Assembly: GCA_951406725.2 (NCBI GenBank)
Contig: OX597822.1
Location: forward strand, 88,908,001-88,972,000
DNA from: Octopus vulgaris
Taxonomy: Eukaryota
Reading direction: 5' to 3'
Length of the DNA: 64,000 nt
Shown here piece by piece: positions 27,151 to 40,186 of this stretch. The notes beneath the pieces were generated by a model, which ran no database searches, was not told the DNA's origin, and saw only the letters and a list, made by a program, of their open reading frames with translations. Positions within the stretch are counted from its first letter, which is position 1. Each line of letters starts with the position of its first letter. A program made the position numbers and the translations under genes.

Positions 27151-29072
27151 AAAGCATATCACTGTCTATGCTCCCTACCAAATCTGTACATGTCAAGCCT
27201 TCTCCACAACTCATCTTTATAACACCCATCCCTCAATCACCTTTTTAACTATGGCACTATTTGCCCAGCTGTTGTAATTATGAGAGTAGAAGTGCACATA
27301 GTCAATCCCCATATTTGTGCTACTAGTCAGCTTGCTTCTTGGAACCATTTCTCTTGTCATTCATCCTGCCCACTTGACATCCCTTACCACTTTATTACCA
27401 AATGCCCTTTTTCCCAGAACAACTATTCATGTCATTAGCAGCATCCCCTATTTTTTTGCATTTGTTATATCCATCTTTTAAGTGCCTCTTTGCATCTCCT
27501 TTCCCTCACACTTCACATGATCTATTTCCCATCTATCTCTAGGTTTTATTATATTGTTGCTCTCTACCTTTCCACCTTTTTATGTATTGCTACCTACTAC
27601 CTCCTTCTTCCTGACACCTATTTTCCTTTAACTTCCCCAAACTGAGTCACCATTGGCCATGCCTCCACCAATGTTTGCCACTCACCTTTATCCCCATCTC
27701 TAACCATTTGTTACTCTCCGTTCACATTCTCACCAACCAACCCAGTCATCCTCAATTCTCTGCTTATCCACTTTCCTGTACCTTGAAGGTACACCCTAAA
27801 ACCTCATTTCTTTACTCCCTTTATTGGTGGTGTAGCCCATGTATCTCCTCCACTGCAAGACATCGGTTCCTGTCCCTCTATCATACTTTAGCCTTTCAAA
27901 TCTTGACACAAACCCACTCCCTCAGTTATGCACCCTACAATGTCATTGGGTTGTGTCTTACAAGTTACTTGGTGACATTACTACTGCCAGTGGCATGGAA
28001 AAAATCCAGCACATCTTGTAAAGTGGTTAATGTTAAGAAGGGTATCCAGTCATAGAAACCATACCAAAGAAAACATTGGAACTCAATGCAATCTTCATGT
28101 TCATCAGAACCTGTTGACCTGCCAAACCCATGCCAGCACAGAAGACAAATGTTGAATAACGATGATAAAATCTTGTAAAATGTAAGATAAAGAATGAAAA
28201 ATATTACGTTGGAGAATTGAACTTCTTCCTATAGTTTTATTCACATAGAAAAGAGAATGAATGTATTAATTAATGGGCTATACTGCTCAATAAAATGCTT
28301 TGCAATCCTTCATAAATTATGAAGAAATTTACAATTTGTGATAAAATTTGATGTGCAGGCCAGGGAAAAGAAGATTGTTGCATAATGTAAAAGAAAAAAA
28401 CAATCTTCCATTTTCTATTAATCACCATTTTAACATACTCTTTATCATGCTTGCATGACTCAGACAGGATCTGTCAAGGCAGATTTTCTATGACTAAATG
28501 CCCCTTCTTGTCACCAACACTCACCTGTTTCCAAGTAAGGTAATATTTTCCCACAGCTAGACATGTTTTTCATGGAAAGCTAGAAACAAACAACATTACT
28601 TGTACAGTGATGCTACTCATTTACAACCATCAAATGATGCCTAGACAAGGGTAAACACAAATTCATATATCCCACTCACTTTATTTCTTATACACCCCTT
28701 CCTCCCAATTCACTTCCACTCCAATTGTCATTTTACTTTCCCCTCTACCAACATGATTAGATCTGAAACATATTGCAGCAGCTAATTCAGAGCACAATTA
28801 CTCACTACATTTCATTTGCATTTAGCATCATTGACTGACACTCACTCCCATTCTATTTGTCATTTTACTTTCCCTCTACTAGCATGACCAAATTGTGAAA
28901 CATTGCATTTTATATGTGAGATATACAATGGGCTTCTTTTAGTTTCCATCTAAATATTCACTATCAAAGTGTTGGCTAGCCCAAAACTATAGGTAGAAGA
29001 TGCTCAAGGTGCTGTGCAGTAGAACTGAACTCAAGACCATATGGTTGGGAAGCAAGCTTTACAACCACACTT

Positions 29073-29508
29073 CATCATCATCATCATCATTGTTTAACGT
29101 CCGTTTTCCGCGCTAGCACGGGTTGGACGGTTTGACCAGGGTCTGGGGAGCCAGGGGCTGCCCCAGGCTCCAGTCTGGTCTGGCAGTGTTTCTACAGCTG
29201 GATGCCCTTCCTAACGCCAACCACTCTGCGAGTGTAGTGGGTGCTTTTTACGTGCCACCTGCACAGGTGCCAGAGGGGTCTGGCATCGGCCACGATCAGT
29301 TGGTGCTTTATTTTTTTTTGTGCTACCGGCACAGAAGCCAGTCGGGGCGGTGCTGGCATTGGCCACGTTCGGATGTTGCTTTTTATGTGCCACCAGCACA
29401 GAACCCATTCGAGGCGGGGTTGGCATCGGTCACGTTCGGATGGTGCTTTTTATGTGTCACCGGCACAGAAGCCAGTGGAGGCTGCACTGGCGACGGCCAC
29501 GTTCGGAT
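29073..29508 (-). mobile_element. RTE-tail SINE-like element, young copy
   Basis: (CAT)n tail, conserved body and 4 internal tandem units; CpGs retained. Confidence 0.85.
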
Positions 29509-31301
29509 ACATAAATTTATTACGACTACCAAATATGCTGAAATAAGACCTAAATTTTACAATTCTTAATGTCAACACCCGGAAAAGGCCTTTCCAACTA
29601 TGAAACACATCTCATTGTATTTTGGAGACCTTAAAAGAAAGGATAATGCGAATATTTTAACAGCAGTTGATGAAAACTCACCACTACCTATTCGTTTTTT
29701 CCTTGAGCTGATATCTTTTCTCAAACACATGCTTGACATCTCAAAAAACTATCCTTTAGCTGTCCACAGTGATAGAGGAACACAAGTCATAAAGTATGAA
29801 ATTTTATAAAACAAGAAATTGTATAATGCATACAAACTAACCCTTACACCCTAGAGGAAACAAGTAATCAAATAGTATGGAAGTCAATATTTTAGCTTCA
29901 AAGTCAGAGAATCTACAAGACTTTCATTGGGAGGATATTCTTTTTGGAACTACATCCAATTCAGTATCTGCTCTTAACTATTGCCAATGACACTCCTTTC
30001 GTTTTTAGACACTGTACTTCACATGATGTTTCTTTGCCGTCTTGGTTGGTTTCTCCCAAAACCTTTTCTTATAAAAAAAAAACATGCACAGCATGCAAAA
30101 GTGAACTATAACAAGTTTGCTTTGTGTGGAAAGTAAAGAACTTGTAAAGATGGTCTCACTTCAGGACTTGTGATGATGTTGAATGACTTACCATTTTTTT
30201 TTTCTATTCCAGATCTCAGTAACATTCCTGGCTCTTATTCTTCATTCCATGATAATACTACTTCTCAAGACAAAGACCATTAGAGCAGCAGAGACACTGA
30301 GATTATCTCATTGAACTCTGCAATGCTTATCACTCCTACTGGTAAATTTTATTTTTCAAACAGAACTATCAAACCTGAAAGACTTCATTTGTAATATTTT
30401 CATTTCACATTCATTACATTAAATTGTATAAACATAAAATTCAATTCCAGTGAGAATTTTGCTATTGCTACTTTTATAGTTTTTCTTCTGTTGTGATTCT
30501 GCATTACTTAGACAATTGTCTAACGTAATGGGCAAGTAACCTCCCTTAAGTCGTAGCATTATTCGTTGAATAAAGTCTTGTTTAGAGATGCCTTGCAACA
30601 ATCAGGCACTACAATAGTTACTAAATCGATGTAAACATAAAACATATCAGATTGTAATTATTAATCATCCCTAATTTTATTGGCGTAATTAAATAATTTA
30701 TTTTAAAATTTTCAAAGACAAAAAAAAAAAAGAAAAATTATTTGTAGTCTCAATAAAAATACTGTCAAACCTACTATCAACATGAACTAACAACTCAATA
30801 TTTTTGAGGTTATTTGTATTTTTATCAATGTATAATTAAAAAAAAGTCTTACAGATATTTATAAATTTTTACAAATAATTCAATTGTGGAATTATCCAAT
30901 CCATTGAAAAATTAGAAAAAAACAGTAAATTGAAATCGGTACAGTTCCATCAAATATTTTCCTAAAGGAAACTTTTGTTACATGTGCAATGTTCCTTAGC
31001 ATTTTAGAAGCATTTCTTTTTTTTTTTTTCCCCTTGTTCTAGACAGTTTTAAAAAAATAATGTTCTAATATATTTTCAGTCATTTTCACAAGATTTAGAT
31101 GAAGATTAAAATCTTACTGAAAATTCAAATAATGCAGAGTGGTTGTTTTTTCACACTGAAATATTTTTTGGTTTCAAAGGTAAAATATTCTGAAAATATA
31201 TGCTGATCTAGCTGAATAATAAGAACAAAAAAGATGTGAAATAAACAACAACACAAACTTACATAACTAACAGCAACTTTGATTTGGAAGAAAATGGAAA
31301 A

Positions 31302-33782
31302 TTAATCAACTTCCATAGTTGGATCCGATTCTTCAGGTTTGGGCTTAGAAGATGGGTCAGTTTGGCTCTGTTGCTGTGTTGTTGGTTCATTTGGAACAGA
31401 ATTCTTTTCTTGACTTTCAGGAGGTGGTGGTTCTTTCTTTGGTTCCGGTTTTGGTTTATTTATAATTGGCATACATGTTGACTCCAAGCTCTGCTGTTGA
31501 GAATTGATCTCAGAGCAAGTAACAATAGGGTCTTCGAAAAGGCTTCTTTGGTTCTGCTGATTTTGACTTTTTTCAAACCACTCGCTCTTCTCTTTCAAAG
31601 CCTTTGTCACTGTATTCACATCCTGATCACTAATATGACTATATTGTTCATCCTTCTTGGCATACAAATCTAAAAACTTACGTATTTGTTGTAACACACT
31701 ACCCAGTGATTGGAAGGCAGCCGGCCTCTCTACTGCTTCCTGATATCGTTTACAAATAGGGTTACTGTATTTCTGAAGATGTGCAAGTTTGTCTATGTAC
31801 ACTTGTTTTAACTGATCTTCTCCTTCATCATAAAGCCAATTTTCTACATCATCCAACATTTTACTGAACTCGCTTCGGTGACTTTCTTCAACAAACTGCT
31901 CAAATGCACCATATAAACGATCACGCATCTCATAAACATACTCTTCAACGGCATTTTTAGCATCTACACGATCTTTCTCAAGCTTGTCTTGCATTATCAT
32001 TTGGTTTTCTTTTTCAACGCATGCATGAAGCTGGGTTTTATTAAGTTGTGGAACAATACTTTCAACAGGTAAATCGATCATTTTCACTTTCTTTACTTTC
32101 TTATTGGTCTGCTCTTTCTTGTCGCCCGACTGCTTTCCTCCATCATCAGTTTGCATTGCTGATTCAGAAGAGTCTGTTTGTTCAGGATTTTTACTAGTAT
32201 TAGTTTGAGCTTCCATGTCATCTTCCTCTTCCTTTTTCTCATCTAAATCCATTGGTTCTCCACTAGAATCAGCACTATCCAACTTTTCTACCATTGAAGC
32301 AGAAGGAACACTGAATATTCCATGAATATTAATTTTTACATGGACTTTTATTTTCGAACTTTCCCCAGTGGCTTGAGGAGTAACATTCTGGACTTTGAAA
32401 GAGCCAATAGTGGGCTGACAAGTAGAAATAGTTTCTTGCTGGGAATAGAAAGCTTCAAGTTGGAAGGATTCTTTCCGATAAAATGTCATCATTTTAGTAA
32501 AAGGGAAAACATGAAACTTTGGGAAAACTTCAAGAACGTTATCTTCGCTAGTACCACCTCCTAACCATTTCATTGAAACAGCATACGGTTGACAATCAAC
32601 GATAGAAAAATCTCTAACCCTGAAAGTTGGCGATAGTATAGCACATTGCAATGCACAACCACGAGCAATCACTTCATCAGCATTCAATGTGGTGCTTGGT
32701 TCAACTCCAAATATCTTTTTGATAAGACTTTTTATAGCAGGGATTCTCGTAACACCGCCTACAACTTCCACAGAATGAATATCGTCTAAATGTAATTTTG
32801 ACAGGGGTAGAATAGAACGCATTGTCTCTTCCGCTCTTTTAAACAAAGGTTGGCACATATCTTCAAATACTTCCCGTACTAGTTTTCCAGTAACATCCTT
32901 ATCTTCCATAAAGCATTCAATATTGAGCTGTACGGGTTGCGTAGTGGCACTCATTAGCTTTTTCATTTTCTCACATTCAGACTTAAGACGAATGAGAGGT
33001 TTAACTTTGCTGCGAACATCCAGTTTGTAACGTTGTTTGAAATCTTCTATGAAGTATTCAACAAGAACTTGATCAAAATCCCGACCTCCAAGATGAGAGT
33101 CAAAAGCCACAGCAAGTACTTTAAGTTTACCTTTGTTAAAAGCAGTCACACATACCTGAAGTGAAGAGTAACCCATGTTGACGAATACAACATTTCTTGA
33201 TTTTTGTTTTTCATCGGGTAGGTCTTGTTTGTAAATACCATACGCAAGAGATGCTGCAGTAGTATCGTTAAGGAGTCGCAAACAATTGAGGCCGCACATG
33301 CCGGTCGCATCAAGTAGGGCACGCCTCTCAGAATCAGTAAAATAACAAGGTACAGATACAACACAGTCAACAACTTTAGCGCTTAACGCTACTTCAGCGG
33401 TTTTCTTTAGTTTTGTTAATAACATAGCAGATATTTGTTCTGGTGTAAATGGATAAACATCATTCATGTAACTAACTTCAATAAGAACATTACCTTTATT
33501 GTCCGATCGAACAGTATATGGTAAATGTTTTATCTCTTCCTGAGCTTGAGGATCATTGAATTTACGACCAAGTAAACATCGGAAATTAAACAGAGTATTA
33601 CGGAAATTACTTACAGACTGATTTTTGGATGAATTGCCCATGCATCGAGACTTTTCGTTGAATGAAACATAACTCGGCGTGCATCTATCACTGTATTCGT
33701 TGGATATCGTCTCTATGCCACCAGCCCGGGCAACCGATATATAACAGGACTGGCTACCGAAATCTATGCCGACCACAGACAT
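31302..33782 (-). CDS. Hsp110: Hsp110 / HSPA4-HSPH1 family chaperone (Hsp70 nucleotide-exchange factor), 826 aa, intronless ORF
   Basis: Uninterrupted ORF with MSVVGIDFGSQSCYISVARAGGIETISNEYSDRCTPS, YGIYKQDLP, TTLNADEVIARGCALQCAILSPTFRVRDF, acidic insertion, AKNAVEEYVYEMR, VENWLYDEGED and C-terminal MEVD. Confidence 0.97.
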   Translation of the reverse strand: MSVVGIDFGSQSCYISVARAGGIETISNEYSDRCTPSYVSFNEKSRCMGNSSKNQSVSNFRNTLFNFRCLLGRKFNDPQAQEEIKHLPYTVRSDNKGNVLIEVSYMNDVYPFTPEQISAMLLTKLKKTAEVALSAKVVDCVVSVPCYFTDSERRALLDATGMCGLNCLRLLNDTTAASLAYGIYKQDLPDEKQKSRNVVFVNMGYSSLQVCVTAFNKGKLKVLAVAFDSHLGGRDFDQVLVEYFIEDFKQRYKLDVRSKVKPLIRLKSECEKMKKLMSATTQPVQLNIECFMEDKDVTGKLVREVFEDMCQPLFKRAEETMRSILPLSKLHLDDIHSVEVVGGVTRIPAIKSLIKKIFGVEPSTTLNADEVIARGCALQCAILSPTFRVRDFSIVDCQPYAVSMKWLGGGTSEDNVLEVFPKFHVFPFTKMMTFYRKESFQLEAFYSQQETISTCQPTIGSFKVQNVTPQATGESSKIKVHVKINIHGIFSVPSASMVEKLDSADSSGEPMDLDEKKEEEDDMEAQTNTSKNPEQTDSSESAMQTDDGGKQSGDKKEQTNKKVKKVKMIDLPVESIVPQLNKTQLHACVEKENQMIMQDKLEKDRVDAKNAVEEYVYEMRDRLYGAFEQFVEESHRSEFSKMLDDVENWLYDEGEDQLKQVYIDKLAHLQKYSNPICKRYQEAVERPAAFQSLGSVLQQIRKFLDLYAKKDEQYSHISDQDVNTVTKALKEKSEWFEKSQNQQNQRSLFEDPIVTCSEINSQQQSLESTCMPIINKPKPEPKKEPPPPESQEKNSVPNEPTTQQQSQTDPSSKPKPEESDPTMEVD

Positions 33783-33916
33783 TTTTTTTAAAAGTCACTA
33801 GTTTGTAAATGGAATTATAATAGAGGTAATACAGAGAAAACGTACGAAGTTCAAAAACAAATAAAATAAGTCCTTTTTACACGATAAAATATCTATCTGA
33901 ATGCGTCTCCCATGAA

Positions 33917-33961
33917 GAAACTTCCTTGTGTATTAAAGGAGAAATTTCTAGACGACACGTG
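33917..33961 (-). promoter_or_regulatory. Putative heat-shock elements and E-box upstream of Hsp110
   Basis: GAAacTTC (33917-33924), GAAatTTCtaGAC (33941-33953; 3 nGAAn units, 1 mismatch) and CACGTG (33956-33961), 135-180 bp upstream of the ATG; CRE half-sites CGTCA/TGACG at ~34022-34035. Confidence 0.55.
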
Positions 33962-35439
33962 AATTTAATAAAGATCTCATCAAACGGAAATAAGGTCAGA
34001 GTTATGGTCCTTGGCCACCTACGTCATAGCTGACGCCAACGTGAATGGAGGAAAGTAACAGAAGTACGGAAGGCCTAGAGGGTCTTAAATGAGAAACACA
34101 TTTTCTGAATAAATTAGTATGATAGTGCTATAAATATTTTTATCTTAGGGAGAAGGGTAACTATAACTGTTGGGAATATTGAATCATTGAAATTTAGTAT
34201 ATTGTTGACAGACTAGGATAGAGTGGGAGGGGAAGGGAGGATCACAGAATTATAGTTCTCACAACGAAGGATTACAGATAGTTTTTGGTTTAAAAGGGAA
34301 TTAAATTCAAGGAGTGGAAACTGCAATCAGAAAGATGAATGTAATAAGTCATTTTGATGGGGCTGCTCTCAATAGTAGATGATACTCTTTGAAAAGTACT
34401 GATTATTATAGTAGCATCAGGTGAATTCCAGAAAGGTCATCACTAAATATCATTTATCTATGTAATGTTGTAAGATACAGCATGTAATGATTTCCAGTAG
34501 TTTTTTTTTTTTTTACTATAAATCCAATTCTTTTCTAACATGTGAATTAACCACTACATTTTACTACTGATGAACACATTTACCTCTAAGGGTCACATCC
34601 CCAAAGTGTGGGGAACCTATTTTTAACACAATGAAATGTAAGACTAAGGAGATTTTTGAAATGCTAGAGCAGAAGGATAATAGATGTGTGCTGAGTGCAA
34701 CCAGACTCCTCTTGAGAAAAGAACAAAGGTATAAATTCTTCTGGGTAGGTAATAGTAATAGTGTAGGCATACTTTTGTTGGAGGAGCATGGCAGTCAGAG
34801 TATGTGACAGGCTAGTTAAGCTGAGACTAGGCTCAGAAAATATTGCAGCTGCATTTATCTCAGCATATGCTCCCCAGTCTGAACTAGCAGAAGAATGGAA
34901 GGAATGATTTTGCAAGACCTTCTGCAAATTTAGCTCAATGACAAATAACCTACATGATAAGTGACTTCAATAAATATATTGAAGAACACTCTAATGGATT
35001 TTATGGTGCACACTTGCACACATGATTGTTTGTGTGTGTGTGAGTGTGTTCTTTTCATTTTGTTGTTGCTGTTGTTATTGCCATCATTATTGTTGACTTG
35101 TTCAGTGTCAGATGTTTTCATCTTTCTGGGGAATTCTCTCGCAAATTTTATGACCAGCTTCATCAATAAACTTTTGGAGTTTTTGAGTTATTTATTTCTG
35201 CTCTCTGTTCTTTCTTGAAGTTAGCTTTCTTAAACAACTTTTTTCATATTGATTTTTAAACTCTATTTTCTAAACTTGAGTCTACCCACTTTTGGCCATC
35301 CCATTATCACCCTCTTTTTCTTTAATGCCATCCTCCACTGGGTCCTTCCACTATCTCCCCAAGGGGCAGTTCTGCCCACTTTGGGATCCTCTGGGTACAT
35401 AGAGGCTAAAGATTTGATTCTAGAGAAAAGGAGGTAAAA

Positions 35440-35700
35440 GGCTCTTGGAGTTCTGTAATGCAGTTAACACTAGCTACAGGAAACCAGCTATTCACTTGAT
35501 CATTTGTCAATATGGTGACCTCAAAAGCCAGATCGGCTACATCCTCTCCAGAAAACAAGGTAGTTGGTTTGTTGTGAATATAACATATTTGTATGGTGAA
35601 GAATGTACAACCTAACTGAAGTTAGAGGTTAGTAACATCAGACTTAGAGGAAGAAAGACTCAGACACACTAACCAATATGGAACATAAAGAAGTTTAAAG
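35440..35700 (+). mobile_element. RTE LINE endonuclease-region fragment
   Basis: Broken LLEFC..NT.YRKP..HLI....SQIGYIL translation, similar to the reverse copy at ~24270-24410. Confidence 0.55.
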
Positions 35701-35971
35701 ATCTGTTGAAAAGTCAGAATATATAGAGAAGAAGAAGAAAGTAGAGATGTATAACAGAGAGAATAACTGGAAGTTCCTATGAAACAACAACCTGTTGAGG
35801 GTACAAATCAAATTTGTGGCTAGTGCAAAGTTCCAACCAACAGATGTGCTGTTGCAACAATGAGATAGGCACAGCCATAAAAACAAAGAGGCAGGCTTGA
35901 AAGCCTGGAAGAATGGGAGCAGCAAGAGAATTATGAAGTGGTGTCAAAAAGTGTGTGTGTGTATGTATATG

Positions 35972-36003
<32 letters not shown>

Positions 36004-36600
36004 TGTGTATGTATGTATGTATAACAAGACCACCAACTAAATCTAGTGTTCTCAATGATATGTCTATCCTTCTGGATAGTTATAAAAGCAAAGATGAAGT
36101 AGTCACTTGGCGACAACTGAGCAAGGCGGCTTGTGACGACTCAGTTAGTTAGGGAAGGGACTGTTAGAATCATGATCACAAGGAATGCAGCTACTAAAGA
36201 CAATGGGCAGTGAGAGAAATGAAATTTACTGTCAGCAACTGTGAGACAACATCCCACAATCCTACAACTTTGACTAGCTCTAATTCTGTTCTCTTACAAC
36301 ATCATCTATTGATATCTGTGGATTACTACTAACAATTTGTGTACGCCAAACTATGCAAAAAAAAATTCTACCACATCTAACTTTCTTTCGCATGCTTTCG
36401 GATGTTATAACCTGCCCGTCGAGGTATGGTACATTTTCAATGTAACGGTAAATAAATACTTTCTTAAAACTTCATGCTTTGTTCATCTTTCACATCCTAC
36501 AGTATGCAATTATAACAACAAATTTTCATAGCATCTTGCAACCTTTTAACTGCTGACTCCGACATTTCATAATATTGTTTACTAATCAATATCTCCCGCT

Positions 36601-36835
36601 ACAATTGGTAACCACACCAAAATATAACCTAACCGTGACAACTGGTGACCCTTGACTTCAACTAAAAACTTTATCATTATAACTGGTGACCCCGAACAAG
36701 AGAATTGCAGCCTTTCCAAGAACCAACCATAACAATTGGTGACCCTGTGGAAAAAGAATCACTGCCTTCTGAAGCTGCATTACCAACAACTTGGTGAACC
36801 AATGTAAAGAGAATTGATACCTTCCGATGCTACAT
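36601..36835 (+). repeat. Diverged tandem array of a PBS-like motif ACAA(C/T)TGGTGACCC
   Basis: Motif at 36601, 36638, 36679, 36732 and 36786. Confidence 0.7.
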
Positions 36836-37588
36836 GCTGCTGCAATTTTTGCTGATTCAAACTAAAGAACTAGAATATCAACAGTTGCTAAACCAAAGAA
36901 AAAGAATGACAACCTTCGTCACCACCAAGATGCACCCTCTATCAACCTGCTACAGAAAGTACTATACTGTAATGCAATCTACGTTGCACTTCACAACAAT
37001 GCAACACTGCCAATGCACAAGGAATTCACCGACCATGAAAGCCTATTAGCACAACATTTTGACAACTACATGCTCAGAAACTAACTGTAAGACGATATGG
37101 AAGCCCGCACATGCAACCTTTTCGGCACATACACACTTTTTGTCTCATCCTGACGTACAAACCCTGCATTGTCTGTGAACTTTTGCATGTACATAAGACT
37201 CTCACATAGACTTTCAACAACTCTTTTTCTTTGCATGCACATCTTCAAGTAACATATTAAAAGTAAAGTGTAAATACTTTATACTTAGCTACTTATAAAT
37301 ATATTAGAAATTACTGTAAAGAAAATCATAGGAATGAGGATTGTGAAGAAGAGAGTAAATGCTTAATAAATAATTAGTTAATTACAGAGGTAGATATAAA
37401 AAATTCCTTAGTTGGAGAGTTATAGATATGGTATGATATAGTGAGTAAAGTTTAAAATTTGATTTGCATAGGGTGTCAACTACCCTAGGACCAGCCCTGA
37501 TTGGAGCTCAATGCAGGCTTTTGGCTCAGCAGATTTTGTCAAACCATCCAACTCTTGTCAGCGTGTAGACATTTGCCTGCCTGCCTGC

Positions 37589-37635
<47 letters not shown>

Positions 37636-37808
37636 ATTATAAGAAAAAGGGATTAAAAAATTCAGTTTTAAACAAATTTGGTTAACTATATCCAACAATC
37701 AGACACCAGTAAATGTAAGTAGAATTCACATCCAAGGTAATTCCTCATGTATGACAAGTAGATTTAAATACCATTTAGAAGAATTTCAAGAAATTCAGAT
37801 TATTAAAC

Positions 37809-38083
37809 AACAAAAGTACATATAGAGAAAATCGCATCTTTATTGTAGAGTCCACCTTATGAAGTCAACAATTGTTTCTATTGTATTAACACATTTAGAT
37901 ATAGAAAATATCATTGAAATTAATATTTCTGAAAATACACGTATGTGTTAACATGTATTTTTGGAAATATTAATTTCAATGATATTTTCTATATCTAAAT
38001 ATGTTAATGCAATAGAAACAATTGTTGGCTTTATAAAGTGCATTCTACCATAAAGATGTGATATTCTCTATACATATTTTTGT

Positions 38084-38084
<1 letters not shown>
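37809..38084. repeat. Long near-perfect palindrome (arms ~135 bp, loop ~8 nt)
   Basis: Arms are reverse complements around ~37946 (CAACAATTGTTTCTATTG...GAAAATACACGT / ACATGTATTTT...CAATAGAAACAATTGTTG). Confidence 0.92.
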
Positions 38085-38115
<31 letters not shown>

Positions 38116-38572
38116 CATACACACAGGATTTAAATTTGAGCTATTATTAGTTTCATGAAACTAATAGCAACTTGAATGTAAATCCTGTTCATTAAATGAT
38201 ATTACCTCTCATTGGATGGAATGATTTTTTGTCGATCCTACCATTAATGGAACATTACATTACATTATACAGAGCCTGTTCTCTTCTTGAACTTATGATT
38301 GCTCATTCCTAGTGTGAGTTATTAAATGGCTTTTGAGCTCCGAAAGGCATTTGAAGATCTACTCATAAATACTGCAACAATGTGTCATTTCAGAGTTGGC
38401 TCCATTTTCTGTTTGCTTATTACAAATATTCAAGACCCACTTCAATCCCTCACGTGACTTGCAGGTTTTTATGACAGAATGGCATTAAAACTGGTAATCG
38501 GGAATGAAATTCCACTAGTTCATACATGCTTTACTTGCATTGTATATGCGTGTGTGTATATGTATATGTATA

Positions 38573-39266
<694 letters not shown>

Positions 39267-40186
39267 ATTATCTTGAATATAAAATACATTAAAAGTCAGA
39301 TTGAATCTTGCTTGCTTGCAATGTTACTCAGCCAAACTGGCACATAATGGGAAAATACTATGAATTAATTTCATTTTGGATTTGGTTTGCAAGATTCTTT
39401 ATGTAAGTTCATGTATTGAAGCATATTCTGTTGTGTCTGGAGAGAGTTGTTCTCTTTTAGTGCCTTATAATTAAACACACTTACCGGTAAAATTTTCACT
39501 CATTTACTTATTTATTTTTCTAAAATTTTCATAGCATCTTGCAACCTTTTCATTAGTTGTTGACTCTGTCAGTTATTCAAGCTGCATTCTTTTTGTTTGT
39601 TTGTGCACATGTGTATGCGTCAGTGTGTGTACACATACACATGTATGTATGTATGTATGCATGCATGCATGTAAGTGTGTATGTATGTATGCAGGTATGT
39701 ATGTGAGTGTGTGAGCATATGTGTATATGTATGTATGTGTGCACATTTGTATGTATGTATTCTGCATATTCATGTGTTTGTGTGTTTTTATGTGTGTGTG
39801 TGTGTACCTCTGTTTCCTTGTGTGTGTATGTCTGAGTGTATCTCTGTGTGTGAGTGTATGTATGGGTGTTTTTTACTATGTATTGTATCTGTATGTATGG
39901 ATGTGTATCTCCATAGTGTGGACATGTGTCTCCATATATGTTCTTGTGTGAAGTGAAGTGTGTGTGTATATGGTTGTGTTTCATTCTTCATTTGTGTATA
40001 TGTGTATGTGTGCTTGTCTGTTCATATTACCTATGTACCTATCTGTATGTCTGTCTGTTTACTTTCATATCAATTTGCTTACATACATGTGTATATACAC
40101 ACACACACATACATCTACATAACTGTCCACTAACTATTCTATCTGTATATAAATATCAACTGTGGATATGGGGGTATGATTATCTA

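Noticed and set aside
31013-31029. T-tract as a retrogene poly(A) remnant of Hsp110
   Set aside because: No properly placed AATAAA and no TSD; such tracts are common throughout the window.
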